Shown here piece after piece: positions 26,600 to 38,476 of a stretch of DNA of 64,000 bases. The DNA comes from Scyliorhinus canicula (lineage: Eukaryota). A program made the position numbers and the translations under genes. The notes under the pieces are model-generated. The model did not search any database, was not told the DNA's origin, and saw nothing but the letters and a program-made list of their open reading frames with translations. Numbering within the stretch: position 1 is the first letter of the stretch; the number at the start of each line of letters is the position of its first letter. The stretch lies in assembly GCF_902713615.1 (NCBI RefSeq), contig NC_052147.1, positions 235,297,758-235,361,757 of the forward strand, in the 5' to 3' direction.

Positions 26600-27260
26600 T
26601 CAGAAAATGGTACAGACCCAAGGAGAATAATTTCACCAGTGACTGTTTTGGAGACTTGGACAACCTAAAACCTCAAAGCACTGGATAAATACCAACAGTA
26701 GTACCTTCACAAGACCCTCCAAATCCAGTGGTAAGAAAAGTATTCCAAGAGCAGTGTCTCCTTATAAGTCAACATGTCCAGGATCAAATTGCTAAACACC
26801 CAAAATCATCCCCCCTTGGCAGGACATGCCATTCATATGCCTGACACCAAACCCCTGAAACAAATGCTCTATTCTTAACTCAGTCAGGGATAGGAGATGT
26901 CCAGGAGGACAATGAAAATGCTTTAAGGATGTCCATAGAGCATGCCCAAAACGGTAGCATACCCCATTGACTCATGGGAGTCCCTGGCTTGTGACAGACT
27001 AAAATGGAGAAGGTTTATTTAGAAAGGCAGCAAACACATTAAGAAACTTTGTTGGGAATATACAGAGGTGAAGTTGAGGAATCAGAGAGAGTGCGTACAC
27101 CTCCAATTCCTCACCTTCTTGACCCTCCAAACATCACCTACCCGGATGTGACAGAATCGGCAGATTGCACTTTGCACTCATCAACCATCTCAGAACCCAT
27201 GGAACCGGAATGAAAGCAACTCATCTTTTGAACCCATTGACTGCATGAAAAGAAGTATAA
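26600..27260 (+). mobile_element. Old RTE-clade LINE 3' fragment
   Basis: Degenerate coding remnants such as DSWESLACDRLKWRR, typical of the RTE ORF C-terminus. Confidence 0.6.
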
Positions 27261-28243
27261 TATCACCACGGAGAAGAGGAGATAGAGTGGCAGGGATAAG
27301 GGCCTTGGATTGTTCTTGAAAAAAAAATACTTTGGCTGTTTTGGTACTTTAATTGTCCTTTTATGGACCCTTAATGACATTGTTTCACATCAGGTACCAT
27401 CCACTTAGGGTGGGGGAACTGGATAGCCATTTTGTACCCCATCTAAATGTTGTATTGCGTGAACATCCTGTAAGTTCTTGTAAAATCTCAGCAGACTGCC
27501 TGAAAATGGGATAGAAAGCAGACAAAATGTGGCTCCAGCAGGCTATGGAGGGCATATATTAATGCATCATATTAGAAGTATTATACCAAATCCAAAATTA
27601 TTGGTACTGTAGAGAATTATGCCATGCCAAGTCAAATAATCACGTTTTTCTAAGTTTGGCTAATTGTATCAGGCTGGGTAGCTCATTATACTCAATAACC
27701 ATAAAAGCAAATAATTTGCAACACCAGAGGCATTTTCAGGATTACGTGCAAAGACTCAGATTTTACAGTCAGCAGTGAAGCAATGGCACTTGCCATTGCC
27801 CTCCAAAAAAGTTGCCCACACAAAACCAGCAATGTCCTAGATGAGGGTTTCATCTTTTTCCCAATGTTAATTTAAATCTGGCACCAAGTTAAATGGTACT
27901 CCAGGTGCTCCAAAATTGATGCAATCAAGTCAGGTAAGCAGCCAATCACATTTGTGGATTCTTGCAGAAAGCAAACCAGAAAATCGAATTACCCTTCATT
28001 TTTCCGAAATTTTACAGAAAGTAAAATCAATGATTGAGACATACACATTAGATCCTGAAATTTCATGAGCTACCTCTTTTAGAAGAAATGTTATGAAAAC
28101 GTTTCAAATTTTTACCAATATGGAACAAAAATTACACAAATACAAAATTAGTTTTCCAGGGACAACAGGGCACTTTCCTATAACTTGGTACAGCATTTAA
28201 AACCTAGTCAGACTTCATTAGTGAGGTATAACACTTGTGGGGG

Positions 28244-28620
28244 ATGATGAAAGCTGGATTATGATCTGTATATAATATGAGTAGATCGTCATCATCTGTA
28301 TGTGTATTGTAAGTTATATGTTTCACCGTTGCAATTCTAGCATCTGACCAGCAGGTGGTGCGAGTATGGAGGCACGTGATCCGGACGCACCATGTGTTCC
28401 AGGACAAGGTGTTAGTAAGGAGTTGATAGCAGTCGCATATTAGAGTTTCTCTGTAGTATCTTAGTGTAAGTTAGTGTTAGACCATTATTTCCAACTGTAT
28501 TAATCTTAGACATTATAGTAGTCCTCTAGAGTAGTGTTAGTAATAAATAGTTTGTTGTAAAACAAAGTCTAATGTTCTTTGTTAACACTACCACATCAAG
28601 ATTCAACAAAGAACATTACA
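28244..28620 (+). repeat. 5' LTR
   Basis: Aligns along its length with 32870-33259; ends ...cattaca directly before the PBS. Confidence 0.92.
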
Positions 28621-28637
28621 TGGTACCTAGGAGTGGA
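28621..28637 (+). promoter_or_regulatory. Primer-binding site, tRNA-Leu(UAA)-like
   Basis: tggtacctaggagtgga resembles TGGTACCAGGAGTGG, the complement of a vertebrate tRNA-Leu(UAA) 3' end (recalled, not searched). Confidence 0.7.
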
Positions 28638-29017
28638 TTTTGAAAGAGAACAGTTAGGGACAATTAGGTATGGGGAGAAGACACAAGCAAACAATCGGAG
28701 ATTCAGAGAAAATCGGCTGCAAAACAACATACTACCAGGATTGTTGAAGCGAGATGGAAGCATTGAAGACTCCCAGAACAACTGCTCACGACCGGTAATG
28801 TAGATGCGAACTGGTGTGCTTTCAAACAGCAGTTCACTTTTTACGTGCAAGCTCTTGGTCTCCAAGAAGCTTCAGACCTGGGAAAAATAGCGCTCCTAAT
28901 GACAGTGGCCGGTCCCCAAGCAATTGATCAGTATAATACTTTTCAGTTCGGTTCGGAGGAAGACAAGAATAGCTACTCAAAAATAACCGGGCAATTTGGT
29001 AACGATTGCCATTCACA

Positions 29018-29353
29018 AAACATAGAACATAGAACAGTACAGCACAGAACAGACCCTTCGGCCCTCGATGTTGTGCCGAGCAATGATCACCCCACTTAAA
29101 CCCACGTAACCCGTATACCCGTAACCCAACAATCCCCCCCATTAATCTTACACTACGGGCAATTTAGCATGGCCAATCCACCTAACCCGCACATCTTTGG
29201 ACTGTGGGAGGAAACCGGAGCACCCGGAGGAAACCCACGCACACACGGGGAGGATGTGCAGACTCCACACAGACAGTGACCCAGCCGGGAATCGAACCTG
29301 GGACCCTGGAGCTGTGAAGCATTGATGCTAACCACCATGCTACCGTGAGGCCC
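29018..29353 (-). mobile_element. V-SINE inserted in gag
   Basis: Near-identical to 53113-53449. Confidence 0.92.
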
Positions 29354-30302
29354 TAATTTATAATTCACCACACTCCCTCGCTTCGGGCTCACACTCTGAG
29401 CATTATGTATTCAGGATGAGACTGCAAAAATAGAGCAAAACCTTTGACTGTTTTGTCATGGATCTAGATTTCGAAGCGCAATCCTGTAATTTTGCAGACC
29501 TCCACGATTCATTGATAAAAGACCAAATTGTATACAGTCTGCAATGTGATAAATTACGTGAGTGATTGCTGAGGGAAAATGATTTGAAACAAGCAGATGT
29601 AATAAAAATATGCAAGGCCAATGAGATTGCACAAAAGCAAATCACTGAGGTCCAGACGCAAAAAGTGTGGTGAGAAAAAAAAGAGGACGTGACTGTTGCC
29701 ATCTTTGCTATGTCGCAGCGGGATCAGAAATGTGGTCCAGATGGCAGCCATTTTGAGAAATATTCAGAGAATGCAATTTTATATCGGAGGTACAGCAGAA
29801 CGCACAGCCTGAGAAAATGCCCTGCATATGGCAAAACGTGCGGCAGATGCTCCAAGAGAAACCAGTTTGCCCAGCAATGTCTGTCGATTGCAAGAGTGCA
29901 GCAACCTAATACTGTTAATGTAATAACTGAAGCTAAAAAAATGAGTGATTCATCAATTGTGCAAAGTGCAGCCCTGAACAGGCAAGCTGAGTTTAATGAT
30001 GCAGCAGATGGCTTGGAAGGTTCTTTTTTCATGGACATGATCAATGAAGGAGCTGAACAACAAAACACAAAAATAGAAGAATAGATAGCAAACCACTTGG
30101 ATAATTGGATGATTCCGCTCAAAATTAATCAAACCAGCACAAACATCAAACTGGACACAGGTCAGAGCAACCTTAATCATCGAAGCAGATCTGCTGAAGA
30201 TGTGGATTCAACCACGAATAGAGGATAATGATTGCAGTCTCACTGACTACCATGACGCACCAATCAAGACATTGGGAACATGTAACCTACAAATCGAAGT
30301 CA

Positions 30303-30608
30303 GCAGCAGGTAGCACGGTGGTTATCACTGTTGCTTCACCTCACCATGGTCCCAGGTTCGATTCCCAGCTTGGGTCACTGTCTGTGCAGAGTCTGCAGGT
30401 TCTCCCTGTGTCTATGTGGGTTTCCTCCAAGTCCTCTGGTTTCCTTCCACAAGTCCCGAAAGACGTGCTGTTAGGTGAATTGGACATTCTGAATTCTTCC
30501 TCAGTGTACCCGAACAGGCGCCAGGATGTGGTGACGAGAGGAATTTCACAGTAACTTCATTGCAGTGTTAATGTAAGCCTACTTGTGACAATAAAGATTA
30601 TTATTATA
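30303..30608 (+). mobile_element. V-SINE with (TTA)n tail inserted in the protease region
   Basis: Same family as 4836-5148 and 51948-52245. Confidence 0.9.
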
Positions 30609-30716
30609 GTTAATGCACAATTATTCATAGTTAAATTTGCAATTGTTGAAGCAGACAAGCGATCACTGCTAGGCGCAGCAGCATGTGTATCACTGCAGCT
30701 AGTACAGCGAGTATAC

Positions 30717-30830
30717 GATGAAGACACCGACTATACAGCCACCAACGATACAGACACCGACTATACAAACACCGAAGATACAGGCACCAATGATACGGAC
30801 ACCGACGATACAGACACCGAAGATACAGAC
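30717..30830 (+). repeat. 15-bp tandem repeat (about 7.5 copies) encoding Asp/Thr pentapeptides
   Basis: Units such as gatacagacaccgac; translation DEDTDYTATNDTDTDYTNTEDTGTNDTDTDDTDTEDTD, in frame with the protease end. Confidence 0.9.
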
Positions 30831-30939
30831 CGATGGCATACATGGCAGCCATGGATGCAAAGCCAGTACAGACTCCAGAGGAACAATCCAAGACTCAGGC
30901 CACAGCTCCACATACAGTGAATTACAAAAAAGGTTCTAC

Positions 30940-31527
30940 TGAAAGGGTGGTAGACCTAGAAGATATGGGTGCCCTTGAGAGTGTGAAACTGTGTAAATAC
31001 TAAGTTGGAAGTCGACAGAAACAAAGTCTTCAAAGCGAAGCTAAAGGCTGCTTCAGAAGATGACTTTATGGGTTATTGAGTCAAATGTCTCCTCGAAAAG
31101 AAACACGATGGTGAAGTCAATGGCTGCTCGTCAAACATCGAACAGAGATGTCGTGTCAGAACAATATCATGGCCTCAGAAAGAAATTGATGACCTTTTGG
31201 AATTGAAACAGCACCATGAGCTCGAAATGAAGGAACTGGAGAGGACACAAGCTGTGCTACTGGAGGAGAAGAGGAAACGAGAAACCCTGCAACTTGCCTC
31301 TCAGTTTCAATGAGCAGAAATAGTACACCAGAAACAGCTTATTGAGAAGGATCGACAAGTCATAAACTCGTTGAACACAAAGGTGAACTCCCTTCAGCAC
31401 AGTATTGAGTCTCTAGAGAAAGAGAGAAGTCACATGAAAGGGAATTGCCTTGAATTGGAGAACAAACTTACTCAGTCGAAAAAAGCTTTTGAAACAAGTG
31501 AAGACAACAGAAATGCAGGGCGAGATA
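30940..31527 (+). pseudogene. Unidentified degenerate coiled-coil coding segment
   Basis: [76 protein letters not shown]; source not recognised. Confidence 0.55.
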
Positions 31528-31530
31528 CAA

Positions 31531-32491
31531 AGAACAGCAGCTCACTGCAAAGAACAGCAGCTCAGTGCAAAGAACAGCACACTCCAGCAACTAGAGGAAA
31601 AGCTGAAAGGGCAGTCTGATCATGAAGAGGTTAAAATAGAGCTGAGGGTACTGAAGTCGATGAAAGTGTAGCATCAGGAGGATCTGGATCACAGGAATCC
31701 AAAACCCTAGAGGTACTTCTGCTGAAGATCAACCGCTGATTGCAATCTGAAAATGCAACTCTGCATATCACCAACAGTGATGTAAGTGATCCCTTTCCAG
31801 CATTAGATCTAGGACAACAGCTCCAGCTCAAACTCCAGAATATGCAAGGTATAGAATCAGAAACTGCGGGACACACTTGAGGAATATAACAAGGAGTTTG
31901 CAGAAGTCAAGAATCAGGAAGTAACAGAGAAAAAAATCAATGAAACGAGTATGAGCAGATCTTGAGCAGCAAAGCAGCAAGCCTGCTCTTGGGAAAGAGC
32001 AGAAACTATGGAATAACTTCATGGAAAAGAAAAGGAAGTTGTAGGAGACTCAAACAATTTTCTCCTCCAAATTTGAGGAGGCTGATCACAAAGTTCAAGT
32101 GTTACAGACAGCCCTGGAATCAACTCAGACTGAGCTATGTGATTGAAAAGCAAAGTATGATGCAGAATCAACTGCCAAAGTGGATGAAGTTGAAGTTATC
32201 ATGACAGATCTGGAAAGAGCCAATCAGAGGGCAGAGGTGGTTCAAAGAGAGACAGAGACCTTACGAGAGCAACTTTCCTCAGCTAACAAATCCCTATAGC
32301 TGGCCACCCTGATCCAGAAAGCTCCTGGTGTGGAACAAACTATCAAAGTGTTGACGCAATCAAGTTAGGAAGTTGAACTGATGGCAAAAGACCGTGAGAT
32401 AATACAATTAGTTGAGGATGTACAAAGGTTGCAGGCAAACCTAACTAAACTCCGTGAAACCTCAGCAAGTCAGGTCTCACAACTAGACCAG
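31531..32491 (+). pseudogene. CUX1: Circularly permuted processed copy of the CUX1/CASP coiled-coil exons (circRNA-derived pseudogene)
   Basis: [54 protein letters not shown] joined to [72 protein letters not shown]; no introns; stops and frameshifts present. Confidence 0.92.
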
Positions 32492-32869
32492 TTCATGCTC
32501 AAGAAAAATATAGATCAAGGTGCCAAGCCTATCTTGAGAGATAAAACAGAAAAGAACAAGAGTTCTTCATGTTTCAGCAACAGATCTTTCAAGAAGTCAA
32601 CAAATCTTTCAAGAAGCAAGAAATCAATTGTTCTTCAACAATAGAGCAAAGAAAAGAAGTCAACACATATTTTAATACAAAAAACATAGGAAAAATAATA
32701 CTTCAGGTAACAAAGGCCGTTCAGCAGCAGAATCAGTCGGAAGCCTGATCGATTGAACTGAACAGTCACATTTGCATGCATGCAATTTTAAATGACTAAA
32801 ATCAATGTATATGTGTATAGTTTGAACATACATGATTATGATTCAAAATTATTTTGAAAGCAAGGAGGA

Positions 32870-33259
32870 TGTGATGAAAAGTAGACTATCATCTGTATAT
32901 AATATGAGTAGATCATCATCATCTGTATATGTATTGTATGTTCTATGTTTTACTGTGTAGTTCTAGCATCCGGCCAGCAGGTGGGGTGAGTGTGCAGGCA
33001 CGTGACCCGAATGCATTATGTGTTCCAGGACAAGATGTTAGTAAGGAGTTGGTGGCAGTCGCATATTAGAATGGCTCTGTAGTATCTTAGGGTAAGTTAG
33101 AGTTAGACCATTATTTCCAACTTTATTAATCTGAGACATAATAGGAATCATGCAGAGTAGTGTTAGTAATAAATAATTTTGTTGTAAAACAAAGTCTAAT
33201 TTTCTTTGTTAACATTACCACATCAAGATTCAACATCAGCAAAGTCAAAGAGCATTACG
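32870..33259 (+). repeat. 3' LTR
   Basis: Starts tgtgatga after the PPT gaaagcaaggagga; matches the 5' LTR. Confidence 0.92.
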
Positions 33260-33384
33260 GGGGGGGTGTTGGTTATCAGTATTATGATGCAAAAGAGCAT
33301 GTTTTCAACTGTTCAGTTAATTTACTTCATTAATGTCTGTGGAGAGTTCAACAGTGCACCTTAATCAGAAATCGTAGAAAGAAA

Positions 33385-33745
33385 TTGGGTGAGGTGGTGG
33401 CATAGTTGTATTGTCACTGAACAAGTAAACCAGAGACCCAGAATAATGCTCTGGGGTCCCAGGTTCAAATCCCACCACTGCAGATGGGAAAATTTGTATT
33501 CAGTAAAAATATATCTGGAAATAAAAGCCTAATGATGACCATGAAACCATTGTTGATTGGCATAAAAATCCATCTGATTCACTAATGCCCAGAAATCGTC
33601 TGTCCTTACCTGGTCCACACATGAATACTTACATGTGACTCCAGATCCACAGCAATGTGGTTGACTCTTAACTGCCCCCTCAAGGTCAATTAGGGATGGG
33701 CAATAAATGCTGGCCCAGCCTGCAACGCCCATGAATGAATTTGAA
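33385..33745 (+). mobile_element. tRNA-derived SINE with L2-like tail
   Basis: ggtggtggcatagttg A box, ggttcaaatccc B box, tail gggcaataaatgctggcccagcc..atgaatgaat. Confidence 0.75.
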
Positions 33746-34069
33746 AAAAACATTGATACTGTAGAGAAATATGCCAATGTTTTTGTAGAAGTAGAGAATT
33801 ACTGACAGCAACTTTTGGGTTTCTTTGTTTAACTATGCATGTCCAGGCTTTCACCGTTGCTGTCAGTATCAGAGAAATAATGATGCTGACAGAGTCACAG
33901 TAATTACCATTGTAAAATCTGGTGCTATCTGACATCTGTTTGGTATTAAGTTGCAATATTGATCAGTCCATTATGAAATGAGCTTACTCGGAATGCAGAT
34001 AAAGTTAATAGTAATTATTGTACTGGTTTATTCTACAGTTAAATTTTTTTTTAGAAAATAAATTTGCAC

Positions 34070-35070
34070 AGAATATTACATGGTTTTCCATTGGCTTTCA
34101 TTTGTTATTGAAGGTGGTTGTTTCTTGCACTCTCTATATCTGTCATGCTTCCTAATAAGGCTGTGGGCCCCGATTGTAGGCCAGCATTGCTTTCCACAAT
34201 TTAGCCAACCAATGTTGTTGAGATTGCCCGGTCTTCCTAACTTGCCTTTTGTCCTGGTGTTCAAAAGAAACAAGGTTACTACAGGAGATTACTCCCCAAG
34301 CAGCTCTTTCTTGAGTATTTTCCTTCATTTTGTGGTAAACATGTCAAATTTCCTGAGGTTTGTCTTCAAGGAGTCCTTAAGCCTCTTCTCTTGGACTACT
34401 TCACAGACAGTGTCCAAGTTTAAATTGTGAGTACATGACTAACATAGGGATTTTATCATCAGTTATACACACGATTTGTCCACTCCATCTATTCTGGGCT
34501 GTGATGATGAGTGCTTCAATTCCAGACATCTCTGCTCTTTGAAGTACCTCAGTATTGGACACTTTTTCCTCCCATTTGATGCTCATGCTGTTCTGAATGC
34601 ATGTCATGTGGAACCTGACAAAACTGCAAAATATGTTTGGACTGAGTATTCCATATCTCACAGGCATATAGGAGGGTAGGTATTACCACAGCAGAGGACA
34701 CAAAGTATTATTGATACTGTTGTCTCCTCCATAGTCTCATGCATAAATGGACAAATGCTTAGCTTGCTCTGGCAATTCTATTTGCCACCTCACTGTAAAT
34801 GCAGTCATTTCTGAAGATTGTGGATTGTGCCTCCAAGATAGGTGACATCACCTGCATCATTCAGAGTTATAGCAGATGGAGTGAAGTCAGAATTATTTGG
34901 TGGTGGTTGGTGGAGTAGCCCTGTCTTCCTTAAGCTGATGGTTAGCCAATATTCACCAGCTGCCTTTGAAAAACAGTCCATGATCCATCGAAGGCCATGC
35001 TTACAGTGCGACATGACATTGCAGTCATCAGCAAACAGCAATTCCTGTATTCTCATCTCTGAGGACTGGA
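34070..35070 (-). mobile_element. RTE-clade LINE fragment
   Basis: IQELLFADDC..LTISLRKT; IKWEEKVSNTEVLQRA..RWSGQIV. Confidence 0.8.
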
Positions 35071-35749
35071 AGAAAAATAAACTATTAGGAAAAAGTTGGC
35101 ACTGACTGATAATCCTGGGGACCAGAGTGGTTCCATTTCAAGTTTTGAAGAAAGTAGGTGAGAGGAAATTTCAGCTTTCAAAATTTTTTTGATTCAGAAT
35201 TGGTTCTTTAGAAAATAACACTGGAACTGTAACAAAGGGGAGAGAGAGAGAGACGAATTCAGATCGATTGGCTGGTAATGGGGAAGTTATTGGTATTTGT
35301 GATTCAGGGTAGAGTAACTGAGAACTTCAAAAAATTATTGTGATTAAATAGTCCACGTGAATTTGTAAAGGGTAAGTGTGACAAACATATTTGATTTTTT
35401 TGAGAATGTAAATTAAGTAGTAGATAGTGAAATATCTATGGATGCAATTTATCTTGACTTCCAGGTGGCAAGGTTCCAAATAAATGACCATCAGCTAAAA
35501 TTAAAGACTGTGGAATTCAAGACATATTATTTACCTGCTTAGGAGTTTGTTTAGGTGATATAAGACAGGGAGTAAGGATAATGGATATGTACTGTTGTGA
35601 ATTATACTGCATTGTAATTCACACTGTATTGCATTGCGTTGTATTATGTCCTTGTGGGCTCTGTATGTGAGCCATTGCACGGCTCTGCGTATAGGGGGAG
35701 ATGAGGAGTTTGTACTGGGCTTCACCCTTGTCTCCACTCCACCGCTGTA

Positions 35750-36135
35750 TGATTCTGAGCCATGAAGTTGTGGATTTAAGCCTTACCTCAGGACCTTGGC
35801 ACACGATCCAGGCAGACACTTCATTGCAGTGCTGAGAGATTGCTGCAGACACAATGTTTTGAATGGCACAGTTGCAACTCTCAGATGGACAGAAAACATC
35901 CCAATGGTACTCAGCAAAGCAGGGTGCAGTCAAAACGATTCCCGCTGAAAATTTGATGTAAATTCCATGTAAATGAATGACCACCAGAATCTTGTTGCTG
36001 TCTGTAGATCCTTGCCATCTGCAAAATGGCAGCTGGCTTTCTATATATTACAACATCGAACAAACTTTAAAAGAGTATTCATTGGCTGCGGTGCGTTGGG
36101 GCATCCTGAGGTAGACCAATAAATAAAAGCAAGTT
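35750..36135 (+). mobile_element. Old DeuSINE-like element
   Basis: ccaggcagacact..tgcagtgctgagaga..cattggctg..gggcatcctgagg pattern. Confidence 0.6.
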
Positions 36136-36745
36136 TTAAAAAAAAATTGACGTAATGAGGCCAAGGACGTCAGACAGACACATTAAATCTTTGCCCACCG
36201 AAAACCGCGGGGTTAATTTGGGGCTTTGTTTTGCATAAAGGCGATACATTGCTTTGTTAATAAATAGATCTGTAAATATTAATTGGTACAAGATCTATCA
36301 TTAGTCTCGCTAATTATCTCAAGTGTTGCATTTTCTGCTTCTTTTTAATTTTCACACATGATATTTCAATAGATGAAAAATTCCAGTTGAGCTCACCGAA
36401 TGGTTAGCAGTTCAACACAACATTTGAAATGAATGTTAGAATATGTTAAATATGAACGTCTCTCTGAAATAGTGGGAAAGTGAACAAACTTTTCATTTTG
36501 AACACTGCGTAATGGTGAAACATAGATCCTGATTTAAACATAATAATTAGTCTGTCAGAAAATCTGTCATGAGGTGATTGACATTTTTTGGTTTAACCTC
36601 ATGCTCTCTGCAAGAGTTTGGAAACCTGGAGAATTGCTAAAGGGAAGTAATTTGAATTTCTCATTCTGCTCTTTTTTAAAAATCTTTTTGCCTCTCTGAT
36701 TCTCTGCCTCCACCTCAAGTTGAAAATCTGTAAGTTTCAGATAGC

Positions 36746-37128
36746 AAAGAACAAAGAAGAACAAAAAAAGTACAGCACAGGAACAGGCCCTTCGGCCCTC
36801 CAAGCCTGTGCTGACCATGCTGCCCATCTAAACTAAAATCTTCTACACTTCCTGGGTCCGTATGACTCTATTCCCATTCTATTCATGTATTTGTCAAGAT
36901 GCCCCTTAAACGTCACTATTGTCAGTGCTTCCACCACTTCCTCCGGCAGCGAGTTCCAGGCACCCACTACCCTCTGTGTAAAAAAATTTGCCTTGTACAT
37001 CTCCTCTAAACCTTGCCCCTCGCACCTTAAACCTATGTCCCCTAGTAATTGACCTCCCTACCCTGGGGAAAAGCCTCTGACTATCCACTCTATCTATGCC
37101 CCTCATAATTTTGTTGACCTCTATCAGC
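36746..37128 (-). mobile_element. CR1 3' end
   Basis: [32 protein letters not shown], with tail. Confidence 0.9.
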
Positions 37129-37325
37129 ATGCAAACCTTTCAGCATAACTTAGCAAAATGTGATTAAGTCCAAGAACAGGCGTGGGGATTGCGATGCGCG
37201 ATTAACCTGCGTCCAGTGATTCCGAAGCAGGCTGCGTGTAAACCTTGTGCTACTTCCCATTTAAATGGTTGCTGCACGCTGTCAGTGGTAACCATGCTGT
37301 TGAGTGGTGCTGCACCCCTGTGGGG

Positions 37326-37366
<41 letters not shown>

Positions 37367-37543
37367 CTGGAAGACAGTGACAGGCTAGCAATTCCGAAAG
37401 ATAGTCAGCATTGTTTAAAGCTAGCCTGTATCTCCGGGAGGGCAGATGCATTCTGGTTGTAGCAAGCGCTGGAACTAATTACAGAATACAGTGTGAGCAA
37501 GAAGAACATAGTGATGGTACAAATAGCAAAGAACAGGCTGATG

Positions 37544-37985
37544 TGTTGGGTAAAATGGGTATGCGAAGACTGCGTTTAATGCAGCAGTGAGAGAGACAGG
37601 CTTCCAACACTTGAAGAAATGCAACTCTATTTTATTGAACTCTTAACTATCATACGTACATTAACTGTGGGTTGACACTATGCTGAGTTGACTGGAGACC
37701 CGAGGATAACCTAACCAGACTATCTTACTAGCACATGGTGTATGTTCTAGTTGTTGCTCACGGGCTCTGACTGTCTCAGAGGCTGGATCCCAAGAGAGCG
37801 GGAAAACTAGTGCCCTCTGGCTTTATAGTGGTGGTGTCCTGTCTGGTGATTGGCTGCTGTGTTCTGTGTGTTCATTGGTCATCCTGTGTGTCAATCAATG
37901 CCTGTCTATGCACCATCATATACTTGTGTGTATATTCTGACATCCCTCCCCCTTTTTGTTTACTTAAGAAAAAATGTGTATATGC
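37544..37985 (-). mobile_element. 3' LTR (37544-37942) plus PPT of a truncated LTR retrotransposon
   Basis: TG...CA termini; on the minus strand the PPT aaaaagggggaggga directly precedes tgtcagaa; tataaa and aataaa on the minus strand. Confidence 0.75.
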
Positions 37986-38476
37986 CCAGTAGCACTGGGC
38001 ATGCTACCACTGTGCTCAGGGGGGGTATCGGGGCTGGGGAGGCTCTGTTGGTGGCGGCCGACCACAAGAGGTCCTCTATCCCAACCCCTAGACAGTGTGC
38101 TCCCATTCCGTGGGTAACTCTTGTCCCTGTCTGTTTGCCCAATGGCCACCCATAACTCCCATTGACTGCGAAGGCCTCTGGCCTTGTGGTTGAAGCCTAT
38201 TGCTAATAAGGAATTGGCAATCATGGTTCAGTGAGCACATTGGATCCTTGTGGGTAGATGAGCCATGTAGCATGTGGGGTCCATTGCTTGCATCCCAATC
38301 ACACCTTGATGCATGAACACAGCGGGAGGCAGCATCACAGATGCTTCGGCCAACCTTCGACCGCCCAGGGCATGGGCCCCAGCTCCGGGCACATGAACAG
38401 CCAGATATGCATGGGCAGGGCATGGTGGGTGGGGGAGGGGAGCAGGAGGGGGTGAGGGTGGGAGTGGGGTTGGGGC

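Larger units (their letters stand above)
28754..30716 (+). pseudogene. Degenerate Gypsy gag plus aspartic protease, split by two SINEs
   Basis: KIALLMTVAGPQAIDQYNTF; LIKDQIV; CPAYGKTCGRCSKRNQFAQQC knuckle; KLDTG; SLLGAAACVSLQLVQRV. Confidence 0.88.
28244..33259 (+). mobile_element. Non-autonomous Gypsy LTR retrotransposon carrying captured host cDNA
   Basis: Paired LTRs (about 28244-28620 and 32870-33259), PBS 28621-28637, PPT 32856-32869, G-run on both flanks (probable TSD), gag plus protease, no RT/RH/IN core. Confidence 0.92.

Noticed and set aside
31782-31787. gtaagt read as a splice donor, making the CUX1 match a real exon of a resident gene
   Set aside because: CUX1 homology continues immediately on both sides without introns, the hexamer is the codons for V-S, the copy has stops and frameshifts, and it sits between LTRs.
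31531-32491. CUX2 as the source gene
   Set aside because: DPxPALDLGQQLQLK and [16 protein letters not shown] match CUX1 as I recall it; CUX2 differs in this region.
37329-37365. Long poly-G tracts (also near 63307-63342 and in the L1)
   Set aside because: Simple homopolymers of unreliable length; the poly-Pro and poly-Gly ORFs they create are artefacts.
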